Shown here: positions 42,501-58,562 of the stretch, piece by piece
How the letters are laid out: each line of letters starts with the position of its first letter
Position numbering within the stretch: the first letter of the stretch is position 1
Source of the DNA: Trichoplax adhaerens
Taxonomy: Eukaryota; Animalia; Placozoa
DNA length: 64,000 bases
NCBI RefSeq assembly: GCF_000150275.1
Contig: NW_002060945.1
Coordinates: 7,939,112-8,003,111 of the forward strand
Direction of reading: 5' to 3'
The notes under the pieces: generated by a model
Told to the model about the DNA's origin: nothing
Database searches by the model: none
What the model saw: the letters and a program-made list of their open reading frames with translations, nothing else
Made by a program: the position numbers and the translations under genes

Positions 42501-45065
42501 GCACCAGATGAGTCTACCGATGTAATATTGCTGCTATTAGCACTTGGTGCTCCAGTCAAAAGCCTGCCAAAAGATCAATTAAAATTTTACGTTATCTCCA
42601 GTTCGAAAGTTACATACGAGTATGTACAATACCTGAGAAAATACGAATCAACTACGGACAATTAGTGCATTTTTAGTAACAAACGCTAAAGAAATTAGTC
42701 AACGAGATGCAATACGTTCATTTTGACTGTTGCACGCGTATACTGTTGGTTCACTTCTACTAGAAATAGTATGAGAGAAGTTTCAGCCCGCAAGATATAT
42801 TTCAATGAAATTGCTACTCTACTTAAAAATTGGGTTTAATAGGCCTCATTTGTATTCTTGTTTCTATGAATTGGATAACACCAAGTATCGTACGAGAGCT
42901 TACCATAGCAAAGACGTATTATCTGAAACTTTCCATGACAATTGCATGATTCGTTTTTGCAGCAGCTACTGTACAGTACATCATCTACTCGTACTAAAAC
43001 TTTTGACAATCCTAGGATTGTCATACCTTGAAGATTGACCATATCATATTTAATTATTCTCAAAGTGACGTTAAGAATAATCTCTTAGTATAATTAATCT
43101 GCGTATCTAAAGGATATTTAGGAAAATTCCTGTTTTCCAACTTCTAGCCTATTGTATGTATACTGCTAATGGCGTCATACGCTAGTAAAAAACTATTTTT
43201 TAGAAAATTAGACAGTCATGCTAGCTCAAGCATTGGGATCAGAGAAGAACTTTTGGATCAAGTGCATTAGATCCGATCTTTTAATGATATCTCTCACTTC
43301 TACTATTTATCATTTACTTTATGTCTTTGAAATGGCAACTTTTCGTCGGCATATAAACTCTTACATATACGGATTATGTCCTCGAGCTCAGATTGTCAGA
43401 TACTATTATATGGAAGCATTTCTAATTTTATCCCTAAAGAGACAGCCAGGCTCGTAACTCGTCCACTCAGTTTTTAATTAATCGGCCATCTTTTACTGCA
43501 TTTTGGTAGGAAAATGATAGGCCATGGACGGCTACTCTGTGGCCTGANNNNNNNNNNNNNNNNNNNNNNNNNNNNNNNNNNNNNNNNNNNNNNNNNNAAT
43601 CAAAATGGCAGGGCAAAGACAGATCATGTTGTGTCCGACAAAATTGGTATAATTTAACTTAAGATAGGATAACTAGTTGAGTAAATAGCGACAATAACGC
43701 TAATTTCAATTATCTTTCATTGACGTTCAAAATTTCCGTGCTTGAGTAACCTTTCATCTCTTGAAAATTGCAAGACTACACAGTACGAGTAGCATTATTC
43801 GCTAATTTTTCTTCGATTCGCCTACTACCGGGCAGCAATTTGGCGGGGTAAAAACGCATAAGAAGGTGTATTTTACTGTCGAATACTGCCTGCTAGTCAA
43901 GTATTATGAACTAAATTAGAATATACGAATGTATCACTAATACACCAACTCAATAAGACGAGTTCATTAATTTAAATGAACAATAACAATTACTTTTATA
44001 TTAGCAGTGGAGTACTGAAGCCGCCGTATATTAAAGAATAGACGAGTTTTTTTCAGCAGCGCCTTTCGACGATTTACACTTTATAGTACATGCGTCAAAA
44101 AGATCTTTACCATCAAGAATATTAAAGATAGAAATATTAAATATAAATCTACATGGTAATTAAGCGGATACCCATTTTCTTTGCTTAGTACTAAAGTAAT
44201 GAGTGCCATAGTCACGAGATCAACGGCCAATGATTATGGGTACGCGTATTGTATCAGAACATAGACAAACAAATTACAGTAATGACCCCATAAAATTTTA
44301 CCAAGTAGGACAATCTACATTTTTTTGATTTCGCTCAACGCGGACGCGGCGTAAAATAAAATTAACAGTACAGTAATGAAAATGCCGACAATCATACAAT
44401 ATCTATTGTGAAGTCTGCAGGTATTCTTTACTATGCCAACAATGTCATAAAGGATGAAAAATCTCTTCGTCCTACGAGGATACTTGTTGAATAAGCGATG
44501 CTGATATTCCGTAGTGCTAGTATTTTCGATTTGTTGTGAAGCAGATTAATTTATCAAGATGCTACGTTCATTGTGCTAATATGCTATTTTAAATTGGGGT
44601 AATCAAAATATCAAAATGTCGGGCTATCCAATTTTAAATTTTAGAGTAGAAATAGAATTCTCAAGTAATCCCATATAAACAGAGGAAAACAGTGCTGTAA
44701 GTTAATCACCATTATTCAATAGTTGACAGTACTGTACTGAAAATCAATTATATCTACGTATACAGTATTGTATGGCAACTATGAATTTTGCACTACTGTA
44801 TCAAAAAATTCGCACCTATGGATACTCATCCAACGAGTTTTGTACAGTATGGAATTACCAGCGTACTTTAATTTTTTTAAAAATTACTGGTTTGGTTAGT
44901 CACTTACCAATAAGTATTGTCACCAACTTCATGATGAAAATCAACTGTATAACCAAATAATGAATTTGGCGGACCTTCTTTTACGTAAGGGTGTTTTACG
45001 TCGACGTTAAAGCATGATGATGATGTCGCCAACAACACAATCACTGGCAGCACAATCAATTTCAT
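36553..45065 (-). CDS. ITGA: Integrin alpha subunit (no I-domain), roughly 30 small exons
   Basis: Signal peptide plus FNVD mature N-terminus (45065-44908); FG-GAP repeats (LLTGAP, FGSYFG..DINNDGLEDLFVGAP, ARFGFAI..IGDINLDGFPDIAVGAP, DVDANNYPDIAVG); furin site RNKR (~37400); TM segment then KCGFFKR tail; stop at 36555-36553. Confidence 0.95.
43548..43597. other. Assembly gap (50 N) within integrin intron 1
   Basis: Run of n characters. Confidence 1.
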
Positions 45066-46915
45066 TTTTGGCGAGAAATTTACGACCACCGTTCGTCAAT
45101 CCTTTACCAGAAATCAACGATTCTTTGACTCCTATACTACACAGTTTATCACACAGTATCGAATACCTGAATAATTTCCCTGATTGAATAGAAAATTGTA
45201 CTGCTAATTTATTGATTCTATGGTTACTAATCGGTTATTGGGACCACCATGCGCTATCCGTTTTGACTTTTTCTGAAATTCTAAAAATTGCTGCAGTATA
45301 GCAAAGTACAAATAGGCGACACAGCCGATACTGTATCACTCCGCCTACTGTACAGTATGTATAGTGGTACAGCACAGTAGTCCTACTGTGCTATACTGTA
45401 CAGTAGTTCTGTAAGTCGCAAAATGCACTCCGAAAGATTTGCATAGTCACCGCGCATCCTCATGCTTGATACTATTGTGGACTCATGGTACGACTGTACG
45501 GTCGATTAAAGTTCGTGTTGAACTATAAACATGACTATAAGCACACCTGTTCACAGATCAAATCGTAGTCTAACGACACAAGTTTTCAAGAGAAATGCAT
45601 TTCCTGCAGTAAATTATGCAAATGCCCAACAAAAAAACCTTCACTTAAAATGTAATTGCTGTGATGCACTTTATTTCCATCCCAAATATTAGGAGTAAAA
45701 ATGGGTATTACAGTATATCTGAAACCTGAATTTGGATGCTTATTTTCGTTTTTACAGTATACATTGTTCTACAGTCTGCAGATTGACTGGAGGTTGTTCA
45801 AATTGAAGCCAGGTACTGCCAAATATTAGGCAATATCCAGGGCGACCCAGTGCAAGTGTGGTACAGTACAAATGCACTTCGTAATTGACTAAGCACGAGT
45901 ATACGTACTCCCGCTGCGCCATTAAACTGAAGTCATTTAGTTTACTAACGTACCGATTTTAATTAAAAGGGTGCTCTCACTAAAGCTTTATATTAAATAC
46001 CTCAAAGCAAAGGGAAGCTTCTCAGAATACAATAATATTGAAGACGTTGATACTGTATTATGGGACTGTGAACCGGTTCAACACCAATGTCGACAGCACT
46101 TTCAAAGCAGACAACCGATCAAGACGACTCACGTCCAATGATCCACTTAGAGATTATGGCTTTACTCCTAGTACTCAATATAGATACTCTTTGTACAGTA
46201 CAGAATAATATGTTTACATTCACTTTAAATATTCGATGCTGAATCATTTTTTATTTACTTACGGTATAGTAGTAATGGTGATAATATACAAAAAGCAATC
46301 CTACCATACAGTATTAGAATTATCTGACTTTTTATAGCATCAACTAGAAGAGCAACTATCATTCTTGTAAAAGCAAAATTGGTTGAATGTAAGAGATACA
46401 CACTAATTATAAAATGGAGAAAAATATTCTTCAGAGTTAAGACTGGGCTAGGAAACCCTTTAAACTGTCACTCGCCGACCAAATGGGTGCTCTCTGGAGC
46501 CTATGGTTACCAGTTGCATCGGTTATATAATTATCACGTACTGCTTCGCTACTAAACTAGACGATTTCTTCCCCGGGTATTATAAAACCAACTATTCGCA
46601 TCTTATCAGCGTGGCATGCATTTATTGTATGTTCATGAACATGTATTCTAGGCTTTCCCATATAGACGCGTATATCTATACACATGAACGTTATCGTGTT
46701 GCAGATACCCCAATTTATAAGATATCACCGTTATACAGTCTAACTACATATATGCGAACACATATATTTTATATTGTATATTTATGGATATATGTAACAT
46801 AAATTTACATCGCAGCCAGAGAAATATTAATAATCGTAATAATGCAATAAACAATGCGATCGCATATGTACGATCTCAAATAACAGGATATACAAATAAA
46901 AAAGGTTGAACTTTT

Positions 46916-49900
46916 TTAACTCTTCCTGAAAGGTTTACGATATTTACATTGGATCCAAACGCGATACATCTTTAGCTGACGACCTCTATTGACTTGCAGT
47001 CTTCTGTCGACGTAATTTTGCTCCTTAACTAAATTCTCTTTACGAAACATTTCATCTAATTCTTCTGTAATCATAATCGTTGATGAAATCTTAAAGTCTG
47101 TTACAGCGATAGTGTAGCTGAGGCAATTTATCATCACAGGTAAAAATATAAGTATATTTCGCAAAAAATACATACACACCGTTACTACTAATAAAAGATT
47201 AAATATTGCAATAATAACATATACTCGAAAAGGTATGAATGTATCTTAAAAAGTATTAAATAAAATAAAATAAAACGGCAAAGAGTATGATACAAACCTT
47301 GAGAAAAAAAATATACCCTCGTTCCATCACCTCGTACATAAAAATTATCTTGCAAGAAGTGTCCTGCAGTCAATGTAACATCAAAGAATTGAGAGTAGAT
47401 GTCTATATTTGAATGACTTCAAATGCATACTATAACGGTTAAGTATATTCCTCTCACTAAAAATCTTTCAAATAATTTTTATCTGATAACATAATCCACA
47501 ACTGTTTTACTCAAATTCTCGATAATTCTATGATCATACCTTTCTTAAATCTCAACTGCGCTAAGTCATATCTACCATAGTCACGGAAGAGAAGTAAACC
47601 ACCGGGCTTTAAATACTAGCAGTAAGTTGAATCATGAATTTTATAGAAGTTATTTTAATATGGGGCAATTCTTGTCATAGAATATTTAAATTATAGGTTA
47701 CTATTGTGATCTTTTAATTTCTTGATATTATTTTAGGTATAATAGTCTGATCATACCTTACATATATTACGAATGGTAGCAGAAAATCTAATAATAAAAA
47801 TAATTTATGCTTTATAGTAGCTGAAATCATGATCATAACTCACAATATTACTTATGCTAATTGACAACTAAATAAATGTGGAATGTAGTAATTTTGTAGG
47901 TTGCTTACTTGTTTGGATGTATTGCAGATAATACAAAAATCAAGATGACAACATCCAAAGACTCCTCTGGGAATGGATATTCTATTTGCTCATTTGTAAT
48001 GTCGCCAACAAAAGCATAGCAACGGTCTTGAGAATAATTTTCATGTTCCTACAATTACAGTAGTTTGATAAAATATTTGGTTGGTTAGTATTAAAGAATC
48101 AATGAGTTAAGCAACGAAATAAATATGGGATAGTAACCACCTTAACCAGTTGGATAGCTAATTCAGATATGTCGCAGCAGTAAATAAATATTCCATCGTC
48201 GCTAAAATGTTTATAATATTATAATGAAGATATCTATTATAAGGACACCAATATATGAATAACATCTTAAAAAGTGAGCACAACGTTTACAAAACGAAAC
48301 AGTCAGTATGGTACAGGAATGGTTATAAACTAGTATGATTAAAAGAAAAAGAGATAGTTTGAGTAAATCATAACTGGATGTAACTTATTTATAACTTCTT
48401 CCTTCAGAAATTTGTAATTATCTAGCAGTAAACATTGTATAGTACTAGTTACAAATACAAACTTTGGTAGTCAAGTAACATTTCAAGTTCGTAATGGTAA
48501 TAAAAAATGAATAGCATACTTGTGTGTTTGTAAAATAGGATATACAGTATTCCCTACGCCGCATCCAACCTACATTTTAGATATCAAGGTATAATATAAG
48601 TTCTCGCTTGACCTATCATCATCCTCTAATTTAGGTTCATGGTACATACCTCAAAAATACGCTTAGAAGCTCTGCATCCAGGATATTCATTTTGTGGCTG
48701 CATAGTTTCGTCCATACCTTTGCTGACGTTTTTTTCAACGTCATCTAATTCTGGAAATTCAGTGAATAGCCAATGACGGTCCTTAAAGAATCTGTAACGG
48801 AATTGTAGCAATTTACTGTACAGCATTAGATAAGGCTGTAGTGTAATAATACCATGCATTAAAAAAATTAAGCCTATGACTACAGTATTATTAAAGGCTC
48901 AGTCTATGTAGCAAGTTAAGTAGAACTATTGTATCAACAAAATTAATTAAAAAAAATTCGCTGAAATGTCAATGCCTATCGTAATACTCGACAATGTGCT
49001 GCATACTGAATGAGTATATAATAACATCTTCTTACTGTAACTACGGTAGTACCAGATTAACGCAAAGAGTTAGTACATATATTGCAAACCTGTTTTGATG
49101 GATTTTGTAGAAATTATTCCAAAAGATATCACATTCATTCTCGTATTTCACTAACAGGATATTGGATTAGCCAGTCAGTCAGTTTTAAGTAAAAATACAA
49201 CATAGTTGAATTAGAAACATTGCGTATATTCTTCATAACTGTACTAACAAAGTTTTGCTAAAGATAACTGTAAGATCCAAGTTATGCAGTTAGTCATTCA
49301 TTCTTTATTTACTACTTGAAGTAATAAACTTAAATTCTAACTCGAAAGATGACATAAAGCCTAACTTTCTAAGTATCAACCTACAGATGTCACTTCAATA
49401 ACTCAAACAGCTAGTATAGTATAGTATAGATAGTATAAGTTAGATTACCTATGTTGTTTAGAAATGTTTAATTAACTTGATAATAGCATTACTGATTGAT
49501 TACTATATTTTATCTACTTTGCAAATCAGCAGAAACTTGCTCCTTTGAATTTTCTGATACCCGTCTTCTTCCTTCCTCTTCCATTTCATCACTCCAATCG
49601 ACATTGTCCCTATGGCATAATAATAAATACTCGCATATAATAAAAAGTTAACGAACATTTATATTCTCTGATAAAACCCTTGATTAAACCGTTTATCACT
49701 GAGATAGCAGCCGAGGTTAGATATTAGTACTTTAGACCGTAATAAACTACAGTTAACAAATTTCTTCTAATCCTTATACACGTCGTTTAATGTGTTCTCA
49801 CTTGCATGCTATCACGGCATATTATTGTATAGTATTTACTGTTAGTAGATCTATGCATTGTTACTGCAGGATGTATGCTGTGCCAGTAGGCTTAAAAGGT

Positions 49901-50133
49901 AAAGGTAAATTATTGGGATGTTGATTATCATTACAGTAATAGATAATAATAATAATGTGCACTCTGCAGTCATTGCATAACGTAGCTGTCGTAGCATACC
50001 ATACTCACCATGCGTTATGCTCAAACACTTTGCTAGGATTCTCAAGAATACGATTGCCAAATCTTGGACGCCTATCAGTATCACTGTTATTTGAACTTGT
50101 AGCTTCCTTCTCTGCGAATACTTTGTCCTCCAT
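46916..50133 (-). CDS. METTL2: tRNA N3-methylcytidine methyltransferase METTL2 (Trm140/METTL2/6/8 family), multi-exon
   Basis: Spliced reading gives [133 protein letters not shown]. Confidence 0.93.
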
Positions 50134-50261
50134 GCTACTGAGTAGCGTTTACTAATAACGTATGGCTGAAATAGATCTTGAAATCTATGACACTGGTTAA
50201 TATTAATTAATTATAATTATTGTTGCCTCATTCATTTTCCTATAGGCTCGGCTAGCTAACA

Positions 50262-50395
50262 AGTACTGTACTTTACTGTACTGTACAGTACAGTACAGTA
50301 CAGCACAGGCCAGAGTGTACAGTACAGTACAGTACAGTACAGTACTGTACACTGTAGTGCAGTAGTGGACTGTACTGTACTGTACAGTACTGTAT
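50262..50395. repeat. (TACAG/CTGTA)n microsatellite with strand switches, just upstream of the METTL2 start
   Basis: Long direct runs such as tactgtactgtacagtacagtacagtacag...tgtactgtactgtacagtactgta. Confidence 0.9.
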
Positions 50396-51075
50396 TCTGA
50401 CAGTCCGCTGTCTAGCACTATCATCAGAGATTTGCAAGTGTCCGTCTGTCCTAATTGAGTTGTCCCTGCTAACAGTGTGATACAGTGCTTCTGTATGCTC
50501 ATAGTCACGGTACTGGTTCAGTGGCTCTCCGAATGCTGTACAGTATAGCACAAAATAAAGATCAAGATTAGAGAGATTATAAGAATTATTATTATTATTA
50601 GACAAGAATAATGTTTTGTCTTCATCAAACTAGCATGAAAGTGAATCAGAATTCGTTTCTTGTTTATGGTTCAATATTTACAGTACAGGATTGTCAACAG
50701 ATAGAGAGATGTGAATTCTCCTAATATTATCGCAAGCCCTAAAATAGGCCGCTTTTCGTGAATTTTCCTCTCTGATACACTAAAGTGTTGTGAATCACAG
50801 CTTGTGATCGGTGTTCAAATGAAATCAATCTTATCGATTTGAAGTTAGAGTTATTACAATCCTTAATGACCAGTCTAACTTTAAGACATTGCACAGTATA
50901 CGTGTGGCACAGTCAAATTCTATTCTACGCTATTGCACGGCAATCAATGCACAATTGCACACTTGTCCAATGCAAAGAGTTGAGGAGCAGATGAATTCTA
51001 TTTTCTAATTTCTACCTTTCTAAATTTCAAACGACGGTAAGGTTAACCATGGGCCACGAGATACTATACGTACAG

Positions 51076-52094
51076 TATACCATCCCTGTATGCAGAGATT
51101 TCTCCATGATAAAATTGGGCTCATTGACGAAGGATTATGTCAATGACGTCAGCCTACAGCTTCACCGTGCATAGAGTACGTTTACCATCCCTGTATTCAG
51201 GGGCTTCTCAAATTGGCCTCATTGACGAAGGATTGTGTCAATGACGTCAGCCTACAGCTTCACCGTGCATAGAGTACGTTTACCATCCCTGTATTCAGGG
51301 GCTTCTCTATGACAAATTGGCCCTAATTTACTAAGGATTATTTCAACACGTCAGCCTACAGCTTCACCGTGCATAGAGTACGTTTACCATTCCTGTATTC
51401 AGGGGCTTCTCTATGACAAATTGGCCTTAATTTACTAAGGATTATTTCAACGACGTCAGCCTACAGCTTCACCGTACATAGAGTACGTTTACCATCCCTA
51501 TATTCAGGGGCTTCTCTATGACAAATTGGCTCTAATTTACTAAGGATTATTTCAACACGTCAGCCTCCAGCTTCACCGTGCATAGAGTACGTTTACCATC
51601 CCTGTATTCAGGGGCTTCTCAAATTGGCTTCATTGACGAAGGATTGTGTCAATGACGTCAGCCTACAGCTTCACCGTGCATAGAGTACGTTTACCATCAC
51701 TGTATTCAGGGGCTTCTCTATGACAAATTGGCTCTAATTTACTAAGGATTATTTCAACACGTCAGCCTCCAGCTTCACCGTGCATAGAGTACGTTTACCA
51801 TCCCTGTATTCAGGGGCTTCTCAAATTGGCTTCATTGACGAAGGATTGTGTCAATGACGTCAGCCTACAGCTTCACCGTGCATAGAGTACGTTTACCATC
51901 CCTGTATTCAGGGGCTTCTCAAATTGGCCTCTTTGACGAAGGATTGTGTCAATGACGTCAGCCTACAGCTTCACCGTGCATAGAGTACGTTTACCATCCC
52001 TGTATTCAGGGGCTTCTCTATGACAAATTGGCCCTAATTTACTAAGGATTATTTCAACACGTCAGCCCTGCACTTTCACGGTGCATAGAGTACA
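51076..52094. repeat. Minisatellite, 10 units of 98-105 bp in two variants (A 98 bp, B 104-105 bp)
   Basis: Unit starts (tttaccatc) at ~51076, 51181, 51279, 51383, 51488, 51592, 51690, 51794, 51892 and 51990. Confidence 0.95.
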
Positions 52095-52375
52095 GTATGT
52101 TTACGTGTCATGTTTAGAATGAGCAGTTACTTAACCCTTGTGTACTCTGTTGGCTATTCAAACACTGTACAGAACAGTACTGTAGAGTGGAGACAGAGCA
52201 CTGTATTAAATTGCAAATGTTTTACTTTCATTCCGGTAGTGAAGCTGGTTTACTGTGCCGTTCACTACTTTACCACACAGTGTACATCCAACTGTTTTAG
52301 GCTGCTTATGATCCGTTGTTAAGTTGAGCGCAAATTTGAATTTCAAATCCTTAGCGACAACTGCAAAACAAAAAA

Positions 52376-52467
52376 CCGATTGGCCGTTGCCAAGCATTCC
52401 CGTCTAGTTACTTTGTTTACATCAACGTTGATTGGTTGTCTCTTATCAACCGATTGTTATATATAAG
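52376..52467 (+). promoter_or_regulatory. Core promoter of alpha-tubulin copy 1
   Basis: Two inverted CCAAT boxes (GATTGG ~52378 and ~52430) and TATATATAAG (52458-52467), ~145 bp before the ATG. Confidence 0.65.
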
Positions 52468-52610
52468 CACGTCGCCCGACATCGCCTCAGATTTTCTCTG
52501 TCTTCAGTGGATTAACCGTTACTTTGTCCTCTGATAGGCGATTTTCACCACTATCAACTCCTTTTTTTTTCCACTTTGATCGGTCTTAAAACTCTCTCAA
52601 ATACTACAAA

Positions 52611-54283
<1,673 letters not shown>

Positions 54284-56546
54284 ATTATTTCACCCCGAAA
54301 ATTTAGCAATTTCTCAATGGCCGTTTTATTGCATAGTAGAATTGCATATATCGAAATCTTTGTTAGAAGTTAGACGCAGTATTGATCAGATGTATTATAT
54401 CTGTATATAGGCGTACGTTGTTATTAATCTAATCTGTCATTGTTAGTGCACCTTGCATAAGCTGACAGTCCTTGTAATTTACTGACTTGTGTGCAATATC
54501 GGCCAAACAAATCAATAAAAAAATCTTCATTTAATACAATATCCTGACTCGGAATTCATTGCTTAAAGTAGCACTTGCCTAATGGTGCAGTAGTATACTG
54601 AAATAATTTGTTACTATATTGTACAGCATACAATGAATTAATGCGGCAGTAGTAGTAGTAGAATTACTCACCCCATTTACAACTCTAGATCAGTAACAAG
54701 GGTGATTGGTAATATTAATAATTAAAAGACCGGATCTCGAATATTAAAGCATTTCTTCAGGAGCTGCAAACTTCTCAAAATACTTATGATTATCTTAGAG
54801 AAAGTCTTCGAGTAAGCACAACAATTTAATATGTTGATGAGTTTATTCATCTACGTTTGCTTGATTGTATCAGGTTACTAGCTACGATTTTATAATTGTA
54901 TATAAAATTTAATTTAATTTAATTTACAATTAGTTTACGAGAAGATATTAATTTAATTTACAGTCAGCTAGTAGTAGGGTGTGCAGTGTACACTAGCCCT
55001 GCCGCCTTACATAAAGTTCTTAGAATACTTAGCTGAAACTTTAGTATCTTGAGAACGTTATGTAAGGTGGCGGGGGCTAGTATACGCGTTATTGTAAAAC
55101 AGGTATTAATACGTACGCGTATATCCCGTACTATAATTATAATCAATGCATTACTGCAAAAGAAATTCCCTTAACTCATAATGCCTTTGCAGTACCTAAT
55201 CAATGCAGCGTAAAGTCAAGAAGAGCATCCGAAGCTTGTTTACTACTTCCAGTTCCAGTAGTTGTAGGAATAATCATATCATACAGACAATATTAGTTAT
55301 GTATCGACTCTAATGCCTGTGTTATAAAACTGGCCAGGTAGGACTACCGAATTTTCAGAAATCCGATCAAGTTAGATTCTTCGGGATCTCTGTCTATTTA
55401 TCATTGTGTTGCATCGTAAGAAAGACTCCTTACTACAATGAAGTTGATAGGTAGGCATGATTTGAACATACTCATATGTCAAATTACGTACTAACTGTAA
55501 ATAAAAATATAGGCACAAGTCATTTCAATACTACCATGTACTGTACTTAAATAGTAAAATATAAGACAACAATTTATTTTTCTTTGAAATCGTATCCCAT
55601 GGCATATGCTTATAGTCAGTATCAATATATTCAAATAGTGACATCGCTATTAGCTATATGCGGTAAGATTATACTCGTACATACAGTACTGTATCTTTAC
55701 ATAAACGTAAGATAGTACCGATTACATCAGGTCTTATTTTAGCCATTCTCCATAGTATACATGAATATACACACATATAATGTGGCATATCTATGAGGAG
55801 TACTGATATGGCTTACAAAAGTATCAAGCGTAAACGTAAATCGTTGGATATTTTTCCGTTTACATAGCTGTTAACAGTTTTATATTTACATTAGAGGCAG
55901 AACTTCTTTCATATACTTTACTAATGGTAATAAACTATCATGGCAAGTTTTAATATCGGCATTCAATATTTTATTGAGTGCAGTACACTGATATGCAATC
56001 TATAATAGGTCAAAAATTTTACTGTCGATGCGTGTGGAAAAGTCTGTGTTAGTTTCAACCGTTAAAATATTGTAGGGTATAACACATAACTACTATAATT
56101 AGCTGAAATCATTACAAATATTTAAAAATTACAAGCCTTTATCGTCTACACGTCTTTGTAGTAATAGTGATTATTTATAATTTATAGATACTGCGGAGTA
56201 GGTCCAGAATTTTATTATCGATGCATGAGGAAAGGTCTGTGTATAGTTTTATCTAAGAGAATATTTAAAGATTACAAGCCTTTATTGTCTACGCAGTAAG
56301 AGGTCTTGATCATAATATAGTAAACGCAATTATGTTATTATCAAAAATTTCAATCTCTTATGACTTTAAACCACCTGCTTGCTTTTCTAAATACATTATA
56401 TCACAGCAGCTTCTGCTTATGTACTTATATAACTTTATTTGACGATTTATTAGTATTTCGTGTCCTTAGTAACTGCTTCACGACTAAAATCTCCTCAATT
56501 TAGAAATTTTTTTCGTTGCTGATCTATCCTTAAATCACAAATCGTA

Positions 56547-58562
<2,016 letters not shown>

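Noticed and set aside
50203-50605. ORFs of 101 and 110 aa rich in Y/C/T/V/Q
   Set aside because: They are translations of the CAGTA microsatellite.
51076-52094. CRISPR-like repeat/spacer appearance
   Set aside because: The variable parts are only two related variants rather than unique spacers, the context is eukaryotic, and there are no cas genes. It is a minisatellite.
54761-54811. Exon-like 51-nt segment (cttcag|ELQTSQNTYDYLRESLR|gtaagc) downstream of tubulin 1
   Set aside because: No partner exons or recognisable homology found; may be chance.
56016-56292. Short diverged internal duplication upstream of tubulin 2
   Set aside because: Only two ~30-bp blocks are repeated and there is no evidence of function.
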